NCBI RefSeq assembly: GCF_009831105.1
Contig: NZ_WUUQ01000001.1
Location: forward strand, 30,001-62,000
DNA: 32,000 nt
Origin: Copranaerobaculum intestinale
GTDB taxonomy: Bacteria; Bacillota_I; Bacilli_A; Erysipelotrichales; Erysipelotrichaceae
Reading direction: 5' to 3'
The notes beneath the pieces are model-generated. The model did no database searches, had not been told where the DNA came from, and saw nothing but the letters and a program-made list of their open reading frames with translations. This document shows, one piece after another, positions 25,535 through 32,000 of the stretch; position 1 is the stretch's first letter; each line of letters opens with the position of its first letter. The translations under genes and the position numbers were made by a program.

Positions 25535-26769
25535 CTCTCCTTTCGTTTTTTAAAATAAGCTCTTACTTCTGAAATAAAATACAAGCTTCCGGTAATCACA
25601 AAGGTTCCGGGTTGGTTCAATCCGGCTTCAATAGCCTGCCGATAATCAGCGGCGCGCTTGATCGGCAAATCGTTTCCCAATGCTTCCAAGCTGCTGGCAC
25701 GATAGAAATCAAAGGTGGTCACCGTTACATCAGGCGTTATTGCCAACAATGATCGAATCATATCATCACTTTTTTTGTCACGCAGCGCGGTAAACAGAAT
25801 ATGCACCTGTGGATAATCCTGAAGGGAACGGCATAAGGCATCAATACCCTGCGGATTGTGAGCACCGTCCAGAATTACAGTTGGATGCTGGTGAATTACC
25901 TCAAAACGTCCCTTCCAGTTTGCCTGAAGCAGACCCTCCCGAAGCTGTGCTTCGCTCACCTGCACATATGACGCGCCGCGCAGCAGTTGTATCACTTCTA
26001 TCGCCAGCGATGCGTTGTCCGCCTGATAGCGAGCCGGTCCATACAGAGATATATTCTTGCAATCTCGATAATCAAAATGGATATGCCCATTTTCCAAGCG
26101 CACTTTTTTTGGTTCGGCAGTCTGATGAAAGGCGGTGTGCTTTGCATCACATACAGTTTGAAAAACCTTCAAGCATTCCGGCTTTCGCTCAGCCGTTACA
26201 AACAGCGAATCCGGTTTGATGATGCCTGCTTTTTGATGAGCGATCGCTTCATAGGTATTGCCGAGCACGGCCATATGGTCCATCCCGATATTGGTGATGA
26301 CAGATATCAAAGGTGCCTTGATAATATTGGTTGAATCCAACAGCCCGCCCAAGCCGGTTTCCAAAACCATAAAATCCACATGATGATTATGACAATATAA
26401 AAAAGCGATTGCCGTGTCAATTTCAAACATGCTGAGTTCCAGCTCGCACCATCGATCGAAATAGCGGTTGAAGTATTCCAAAAGCTCTTCATCATCAATA
26501 AATTCATCGTTGATGCGGATGCGATCCTGGTGCTTTTCCAGATAAGGTGACGTAAAGGTTCCCACGGTATATCCTGCGATCTGTAATATCGAGCGCAGAT
26601 CATTCACGGTACTGCCCTTACCATTGGTACCGGCCACATGAATGATTTTAAGATCATCCTGCGGATCACCGAGCTCATGCATAAAGGTTTGAATCGGCGC
26701 TAATCCATGTGACTGATTACATCTTTTCTCAATAACGGCGATCGCCGTCTCCACATCCTTAAACATCAT
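25513..26769 (-). CDS. folC: Folylpolyglutamate synthase / dihydrofolate synthase
   Basis: 418 aa. P-loop HVAGTNGKGST, and Mur-ligase-family layout (...ETGLGGLLDSTN..., ...ILDGAHNPQGI...). Its start overlaps the ung stop as ATGA. Confidence 0.9.
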   Translation of the reverse strand: MMFKDVETAIAVIEKRCNQSHGLAPIQTFMHELGDPQDDLKIIHVAGTNGKGSTVNDLRSILQIAGYTVGTFTSPYLEKHQDRIRINDEFIDDEELLEYFNRYFDRWCELELSMFEIDTAIAFLYCHNHHVDFMVLETGLGGLLDSTNIIKAPLISVITNIGMDHMAVLGNTYEAIAHQKAGIIKPDSLFVTAERKPECLKVFQTVCDAKHTAFHQTAEPKKVRLENGHIHFDYRDCKNISLYGPARYQADNASLAIEVIQLLRGASYVQVSEAQLREGLLQANWKGRFEVIHQHPTVILDGAHNPQGIDALCRSLQDYPQVHILFTALRDKKSDDMIRSLLAITPDVTVTTFDFYRASSLEALGNDLPIKRAADYRQAIEAGLNQPGTFVITGSLYFISEVRAYFKKRKESLLSEYR

Positions 26770-27419
26770 TCATTACTCCAATCAATCGCGGCTAAGCCGT
26801 GTTCAACTAAAATCGCATTGGTGCGGGAAAAAGGCCGGCTGCCAAAGAAGCCGTGATACGCTGAAAGCGGTGAGGGATGCGCGCTGCATAAACAGTACTG
26901 CATAGGATTGGTAATCTTACACTTTTTACTGATGGCATAGTTTCCCCAAAGAATATAAACAATGGTCTGATCCTGACGATTCAGCATGTCGATCACATGA
27001 TCAGTAAAGATTTCCCATCCGAATTTTCGATGAGAGCCCGGTTTGCCCTCTTCCACACTCATTACCGCATTCATCATGAGTACTCCCTGATCAGCCCAAT
27101 GCTGTAAATATCCCTGTTTAGAAACAGGAATTTGAAGATCGGTTTCCCGTTCCTTATAGATATTTCTTAGACTGGGCGGAAGCTTGGTATCAGGTGAAAC
27201 CGAAAAGCATAATCCATGAGCCTGTCCCGGCTGGTGGTAAGGATCCTGTCCGATTATGACTACCTTCACTTGATCCAGCGGACATGCTTCAAAACAGGAA
27301 AACAGCTTTTCTCGAGGCGGATATACACGAGCTGACGCATATGCCTCATCCAGATGCATTATGAGCTTCTGGAAATAATCCTGTCTTTTTTCTTCTTCAA
27401 AAAATGTGCTCCAGTTCAT
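26766..27419 (-). CDS. ung: Uracil-DNA glycosylase (family 1)
   Basis: 217 aa. VVIIGQDPYHQPGQAHGLCFSV (water-activating loop GQDPYH), LQHWADQGVLMMN, and SAHPSPLSA (HPSPLS). Confidence 0.95.
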   Translation of the reverse strand: MNWSTFFEEEKRQDYFQKLIMHLDEAYASARVYPPREKLFSCFEACPLDQVKVVIIGQDPYHQPGQAHGLCFSVSPDTKLPPSLRNIYKERETDLQIPVSKQGYLQHWADQGVLMMNAVMSVEEGKPGSHRKFGWEIFTDHVIDMLNRQDQTIVYILWGNYAISKKCKITNPMQYCLCSAHPSPLSAYHGFFGSRPFSRTNAILVEHGLAAIDWSNE

Positions 27420-27669
27420 GCTTCCACCTCATTTTTTCACGTATATAATACTATCACAGAATCGCTGTATTTACATTAAAATAAACCAGAATAGGATTTG
27501 ATATTCAAGCCGAAAGGCATAAGAAAGAAAACTTACATTACGTACAGACAAGGCGGTTAAGCTGACAAAGATGAAATCACAGCTTTACGGGATCAAAAAC
27601 AAAAGGCTTACGTTCATCAAATCATGCATGAGCGGTTCTTGAAAATGCCGCTTTCGCATAAAAAGTAAT

Positions 27670-28692
27670 ATGACAGCGTTGACTCAGGCAAAGCAATCCG
27701 CCAAGCCGTTCCTGAAACAAGCCTTCATGTTTTTTATCGGAGCGGTTTTGTTAGGTGTGATGCTGAAAACACAATCCTTAGATAATCTATCGATCCTGCT
27801 TCATACCAGGCCGTTTTTTCTTTGTATCCTCATTTTCATTTCACTGTTCATCTATATGATCGGCGGCATTACGATGACGCTGTTTGCCCGAGCCTACGAT
27901 CCTTGCTTTTCCTTTTGGCGCGGCATAAAACTGGAATTCATCGCGTTAATGGTGGAAAATCTTACGATCGGAGCAGCCGGAAAGGGTACACAGATGCTTT
28001 TGCTTCATCGGCAGAAGCTCACCTGGGAACAATCATTATGCTGTGTAGGATTCGATTTCATTAATTTTCAAATGGTAACATTTTGTTTTTCAATGCTTGT
28101 ATTCTGTGACTCCTTCATGATGCGGCAGTTCGCCGTGGAAATGCCAGTTGTGATTACCGGATTCTTATGCGATATTGCCCCGTTAGCGGCTGCTGCCCTG
28201 CTGTTGTATATGCCGGGCATTGCCTCATTGCTTCATTTCCTCGAAACGAAAATCCGTATGCGGCCGCGCCGCCAGCTTTTATCCAGTTTGAAAAAGGGGG
28301 CGCGCACCCTGAAACAGCAGCGCCGCATTCAGCAGGAGCCAAGCCGTGTGTTCATGGTACTCATCAGTAATTTCATTCGTATCTTTTTCCGCCATTCCCT
28401 CCCGATTCTGGCTGCCTATGCCTTACATGTAGAGATTTTGCCATCCCAGTATATTCATTTATTCATTGCCAGCATCTTCATCGAGCTTATGATATCGGTC
28501 GTTCCGGTTACCGGTAAACACGGTATTGCCGAGAGCGCATTTTTATTGATCTGTACCCCGCTGCTGCCTAAAGGCGCCTGTCTTGGCGTCATGATCCTAT
28601 GGCGGCTCGCGGTTTACTATATTCCCACTGTTTTTGCCATTTTGATTTTTATGCTGACGCCCGATATCACATGGAAGTCTTTGCATCCATAA
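27670..28692 (+). CDS. Integral membrane protein, UPF0104 / lysylphosphatidylglycerol-synthase-TM-region ('flippase-like') family
   Basis: 340 aa with about 8 hydrophobic segments and a basic central loop (KIRMRPRRQLLSSLKKGARTLKQQRRIQQ). The family call is by general resemblance only. The ATG at 27670 has no obvious ribosome-binding site, so the true start may be downstream. Confidence 0.6.
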   Translation: MTALTQAKQSAKPFLKQAFMFFIGAVLLGVMLKTQSLDNLSILLHTRPFFLCILIFISLFIYMIGGITMTLFARAYDPCFSFWRGIKLEFIALMVENLTIGAAGKGTQMLLLHRQKLTWEQSLCCVGFDFINFQMVTFCFSMLVFCDSFMMRQFAVEMPVVITGFLCDIAPLAAAALLLYMPGIASLLHFLETKIRMRPRRQLLSSLKKGARTLKQQRRIQQEPSRVFMVLISNFIRIFFRHSLPILAAYALHVEILPSQYIHLFIASIFIELMISVVPVTGKHGIAESAFLLICTPLLPKGACLGVMILWRLAVYYIPTVFAILIFMLTPDITWKSLHP

Positions 28693-28712
28693 ATTGATAA
28701 ATATGCCGATAT

Positions 28713-28741
28713 GAAAAAGGACAGCTCATTTAGCTGTCCTC
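28713..28741. terminator. Hairpin terminator between convergent genes
   Basis: AGGACAGCT-CATTT-AGCTGTCCT, a 9-bp stem. It is followed by TTTTTCAT on the minus strand, giving a good terminator for the Tim44-like gene. The tail on the plus strand is weaker (CATTTGTT). Confidence 0.8.
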
Positions 28742-29494
28742 ATTTGTTACACTTTCACTCATGGATCGAAATGCTTCCGCCGCTACCTCATCAATCCCCA
28801 TCACATCATCCAGCAAAAATCGGCTGCCTACTCTTTGAAACTTCCAATATTCTTCAAAGGTAATGCTGTGTTCCGCATCCCCTTCGGTAACCTCCATAGT
28901 TCGTATATTCTGATTGTAATCGATCATGCTCGCTTTGATATAATACCAAACAAAATCTCTGTCATCATCCAAATAATCATAAACTCCCATTATCTGTCGT
29001 CCCTTTAGATGAATATCCTTCATAACGGATACTTCTTCCCGCTGCTCCATCCATGCCAGCTTTGCCGTCCACTGCTCGATCAGCCGCGGTGTCAAATATT
29101 CTTTCAGCTTCTCGATATCCATTTCCATCCATGCATACTGTACGGCATAAAAGGTATCCGTCACATAATGATTCATCGCTTCTTCATTCCAAATCGGATC
29201 CAGTTTTTCCAGCTGTTTCATCAGCTGATGTCCTTCCCGATGTTTTTTATGCATCACATAGGCTCCGGCATACGTAAAAGCTCCGCATACAAGCAGATAA
29301 GGAAGCAGGGAGAGAATTTGGCTGCCCGCTTTTGCAGGCGGGTGAGTCTCTGTATCATTATTAGGGGAAGCAGAACTGCCGCCAGATGAAGAACCGCTCC
29401 CTCCCCCGACGCTGCCTCCGGCATGTGCTGACACCGGGATCGTTGATATCCACAGCGCTCCGATGAGTATTATGAAAACAATACGTTTTCTCAT
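28730..29494 (-). CDS. Membrane protein with signal peptide, Gly/Ser-rich segment, one TM helix and a C-terminal Tim44-like (NTF2-fold) domain
   Basis: MRKRIVFIILIGALWISTIPVSAHA, then GGSVGGGSGSSSGGSSAS, then the TM helix ILSLLPYLLVCGAFTYAGAYVM, then ...LDPIWNEEAMNHYVTDTFYAVQYAWMEMDIEKLKEYLTPRLIEQW..., as in Tim44-like domain proteins. The ATG at 29494 overlaps the pullulanase stop (ATGA). The ORF track extends to 29512. Confidence 0.8.
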   Translation of the reverse strand: MRKRIVFIILIGALWISTIPVSAHAGGSVGGGSGSSSGGSSASPNNDTETHPPAKAGSQILSLLPYLLVCGAFTYAGAYVMHKKHREGHQLMKQLEKLDPIWNEEAMNHYVTDTFYAVQYAWMEMDIEKLKEYLTPRLIEQWTAKLAWMEQREEVSVMKDIHLKGRQIMGVYDYLDDDRDFVWYYIKASMIDYNQNIRTMEVTEGDAEHSITFEEYWKFQRVGSRFLLDDVMGIDEVAAEAFRSMSESVTNEDS

Positions 29495-31617
29495 GATGTT
29501 TTTTCTTTCCACAATACAATGGTACTGACAGGTTCAACCGCAACCGCGGTGATAAATTCATCCGGCTGTACTGATCCGTTATAGTAAAGCAGCTTATATG
29601 CAGCATTCAAAGAATGATGAAAGCTTTCTGTTAAAGGATTAAAAATAACCTGCATCGTGCCCTTTTCATCATCCATTTCATAAATCAGCACTTTACCGTC
29701 GATCGTTTGATAATGCACATATTTTTCAATCCTTTCAGCATCGGAATAGCGAAAGCACTCATACGTACGGCGCAGCTGAATCAAAGCCTTGGTATGATCG
29801 ACCATTTCCCGGTAGCGATCCCGCCTTTCATAATCGATCATATTGATGGAATCCATATCGTGATAGGTATTATTCAAACCATGCTTCGTTCGGGCAAATT
29901 CCTGTCCGCTGTGCAAAAACGGAATTCCTTGTGCCAGCAGCACACAAGCATTCAGCATTTCCTGACGGCGCATTCTAATCTCTCGGGTATCTTCCTTGCA
30001 GCATTCTTTCAGTTTATCCCAGGCCGTCATGTTATCATGGCATTCCACATAATTGATGACCTGCTGAGGAGAATGAAACATACGGGATCCTCCCTTATCG
30101 GTAACACTGCCGCTAAGACAATTTTTCATGATCTCAATCAAGCTGATATCCCCGCTGATATACCCTTTTACATTAACTTCATTGGCGGCTGTCCGCCCTT
30201 TAACCACATCACGGAAACGATCGGAAAAATGGGCAATATGCGGCATCTTATCCTGATTTGCAAGGGATGCGCGCAGCCGATAGTCTAGCAGAGAAGGCAT
30301 GTCCCAGCCTTCTCCATATACCATGAAATCCGGATCATGTACGGCACATTCCCAATACACCTCATTAACAGTATCCATATCCAGAATCCCCATAAGATCA
30401 AATCGGAAACCGTCAATTAAAAAGGTATCCTGCAGATAACGGCATGTGTCAATAATAAACCGGCGGCACATCTTTCTTAAGCTGTCGATATCATTTCCGC
30501 AGAAGGTACCATTGGAATATTCCCCATTTTCATTCATCTGAAAATAATAATAAGGAACCATATTATTCAGCGGATGCGTTTCCACATCATACACATGATT
30601 AAATACGACATCCAAATTCACCTTGATACCATTCTTATGGCATTCTTCAACCAATCGAATCAATTCACGGATACGGCTGTAAGGATCCTCACTGTCTCGG
30701 GCATAGCTTCCTTCCGGACATCTTGCCTGCACCGGGTCATAGCCCCAATTATAATACAGCTGCGGATAGAACTCATCAACACTGCCAAAATCCATTACCG
30801 GCATCAGCTGAACGTGGGTGATGCCCAGCGATTTTAGATAAGAAAACCCGGTCTGACGCGACTTGGTCATGTGATTTTCCTCAACAAACCCCGCAAACCC
30901 ACCGCGTTCTGTAACACCGCAGTTTTCCTGCATCGTGAAATCACGGACGCTCGCTTCATACAAAATAGCATCGCTGTAATGATCCGTGATTGGTAATACA
31001 TAGGGAACCGCAGTCAATTTCCGCCGGTCAATAACGACAGAATGACGTCCGTTTGTATCAGAAGCAATACCATAAGGATCAATCGTTTCCTTCCATTCCC
31101 CATTAACATAGACATGATATGTATAACGTGATTCTTCCAGATCACCTTCAACCAAAGAAGCAAAAATACCGCAGTTTTCCCGTTTCATTTCCCGGGTAAT
31201 CTTTTCATTATGATAATCAAATTCTACTCGTACCCGGCTGGCTGTCGGTGCCCATACCTTAAATACAGTACTGGTCGGACTATACATCGCGCCTAAATCC
31301 TTGCCATCGTAATAGAATTCTTCATCAAATCGCTTCGTTTTTACAATATTGGCATATTGAAGCGGTGTACTGCGGGCATATTCATGCATTACATAATACT
31401 CTCTGCCGATCACCAACGAGGAATTGACCATTAATGTGTAGCGGTTATAATACTGCGGTGTCTGCTCTACCGATAATATGGACAATGGCTCTAAAAAACC
31501 GCTGCAGTCCCGAATATAAAAACGGCTGCTTTGTCCCTCATAGCTGTTGCGTGACATATATACAATAATTTTATTATAGTCATCAAGATATGCTTCAAAA
31601 TACTTCTGTTGTCTCAT
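29491..31617 (-). CDS. pulA: Type I pullulanase / debranching enzyme (GH13), no signal peptide
   Basis: 708 aa. It has the type I pullulanase signature YNWGYDP. It also has GH13 regions DVVFNHV, GFRFDLMG, YGEGWD and YVECHDN. The N-terminus MRQQKYFEAYLDDYNK is not signal-peptide-like. Confidence 0.92.
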   Translation of the reverse strand: MRQQKYFEAYLDDYNKIIVYMSRNSYEGQSSRFYIRDCSGFLEPLSILSVEQTPQYYNRYTLMVNSSLVIGREYYVMHEYARSTPLQYANIVKTKRFDEEFYYDGKDLGAMYSPTSTVFKVWAPTASRVRVEFDYHNEKITREMKRENCGIFASLVEGDLEESRYTYHVYVNGEWKETIDPYGIASDTNGRHSVVIDRRKLTAVPYVLPITDHYSDAILYEASVRDFTMQENCGVTERGGFAGFVEENHMTKSRQTGFSYLKSLGITHVQLMPVMDFGSVDEFYPQLYYNWGYDPVQARCPEGSYARDSEDPYSRIRELIRLVEECHKNGIKVNLDVVFNHVYDVETHPLNNMVPYYYFQMNENGEYSNGTFCGNDIDSLRKMCRRFIIDTCRYLQDTFLIDGFRFDLMGILDMDTVNEVYWECAVHDPDFMVYGEGWDMPSLLDYRLRASLANQDKMPHIAHFSDRFRDVVKGRTAANEVNVKGYISGDISLIEIMKNCLSGSVTDKGGSRMFHSPQQVINYVECHDNMTAWDKLKECCKEDTREIRMRRQEMLNACVLLAQGIPFLHSGQEFARTKHGLNNTYHDMDSINMIDYERRDRYREMVDHTKALIQLRRTYECFRYSDAERIEKYVHYQTIDGKVLIYEMDDEKGTMQVIFNPLTESFHHSLNAAYKLLYYNGSVQPDEFITAVAVEPVSTIVLWKEKTS

Positions 31618-31636
31618 ACAATCACCTTAGTTCCAT

Positions 31637-31645
31637 TATACCATG
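31637..31645 (-). promoter_or_regulatory. Extended -10 element (TGGTATAAT) for the pullulanase gene
   Basis: Minus strand: TGG-TATAAT, about 20 nt upstream of the ATG at 31617. The -35 is weak. Confidence 0.5.
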
Positions 31646-31725
31646 TAAGTTGATTTCCTTGGACTATTTTCATATGAACAATGAAGATCAGATAAACAAA
31701 CAGAATGCTATTGCATAAGGAGTGA

Positions 31726-31755
31726 TTGATAAATCGATCATACACCGGATATAAT
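31726..31755 (+). promoter_or_regulatory. Sigma-A-type promoter for the phosphatase gene
   Basis: TTGATA (31726-31731), an 18-nt spacer, then TATAAT (31750-31755). Confidence 0.55.
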
Positions 31756-31813
31756 AGAGTGGAAAAACAGCAATACATGTATTTTCTGATCTATAAATTG
31801 AGGAGGTGTCTAA

Positions 31814-32000
31814 ATGATAAAGATTCTGTTTGTCTGCCACGGCAATATCTGCCGATCTCCGATGGCAGAATTTGTGATGAAAGAGCTTGTTGAACAAGCC
31901 GGAATCAAACAAAGGTTTATCATTGCTTCTGCCGCAACCAGTGCTGAAGAAATCGGAAATGATATACATTGGGGAACGAGGAAGAAATTGCTAACTGAAA
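31814..32000 (+). CDS. Low-molecular-weight protein-tyrosine phosphatase / arsenate-reductase-fold protein (5' part; continues past the window edge)
   Basis: My translation from the ATG at 31814 (GAGGAGG 7 nt upstream) gives MIKILFVCHGNICRSPMAEFVMKELVEQAGIKQRFIIASAATSAEEIGNDIHWGTRKKL..., which contains the C-X5-R-S P-loop CHGNICRS. It is absent from the ORF track because it runs off the window. Confidence 0.85.
   Translation, partial: MIKILFVCHGNICRSPMAEFVMKELVEQAGIKQRFIIASAATSAEEIGNDIHWGTRKKLLTE

Noticed and set aside
25809-26334. Plus-strand ORFs 25809-26219 and 25987-26334, and minus-strand ORF 26307-26603
   Set aside because: These are antisense or out-of-frame shadows of folC, which itself has clear Mur-ligase motifs.
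27534-27605. Small 23-aa plus-strand ORF (MKSQLYGIKNKRLTFIKSCMSGS) in the ung / membrane-protein divergent region (coordinates approximate)
   Set aside because: It has no ribosome-binding site and no hydrophobic or toxin-like character. It is indistinguishable from chance.
31618-31813. cre (CcpA) site near the pullulanase promoter
   Set aside because: I looked for TGWAANCGNTNWCA-like sequences on both strands of the divergent region and found none with the central CG.
31688-31969. 93-aa minus-strand ORF
   Set aside because: It overlaps, on the opposite strand, the plus-strand gene starting at 31814. That gene has a strong ribosome-binding site and an unmistakable CHGNICRS phosphatase P-loop. 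The minus-strand translation has no recognisable features.

Overview
This is a chromosomal segment from a low-GC Gram-positive (Bacillota-type) genome. That assignment is an inference from GGAGG-type ribosome-binding sites, sigma-A-like promoters, hairpin plus T-run terminators, PTS/PRD regulation and glgC-glgD-glgA. The window is almost entirely housekeeping or carbohydrate metabolism. I call 31 coding regions, 29 of them on the minus strand.

Gene content, in coordinate order:
- A mannose-family PTS IIC/IID pair. Upstream of it (minus-strand sense) sit a HutC/GntR repressor and an HTH-less UTRA-only paralog.
- A bgl-like PTS operon: promoter, RAT/terminator, EIIA, BglG-type antiterminator, EIIBC. 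It ends in an IF-2B-family protein rather than a phospho-glycosidase.
- A livJHMGF-type branched-chain amino acid ABC operon with a trailing CBS-ACT gene.
- An NTF2-like-GGDEF diguanylate cyclase.
- pgk-tpiA and guaB.
- A lipoprotein gene.
- glgC-glgD-glgA.
- An uncharacterised GT-A-like gene.
- pta.
- ung-folC followed by a folate-type ECF S-component.
- A UPF0104-like membrane protein (plus strand).
- A cytoplasmic type I pullulanase translationally coupled to a Tim44-like membrane protein.
- The 5' end of a low-molecular-weight protein tyrosine phosphatase gene (plus strand).

I saw no rRNA, tRNA, CRISPR array, transposase, integrase or recognisable defence or toxin-antitoxin module. I do not see a compelling new system here.

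The items most worth a second look are:
- the PTS operon carrying an IF-2B-like protein;
- the UTRA-only plus HutC pair, with a triple operator motif;
- the GT-A-like gene with a 20-bp perfect palindrome next to the glycogen genes;
- the G+C-rich structured spacer between folC and the S-component gene;
- the pullulanase/Tim44-like coupling.

All family calls come from reading motifs by eye. No database searches were run.
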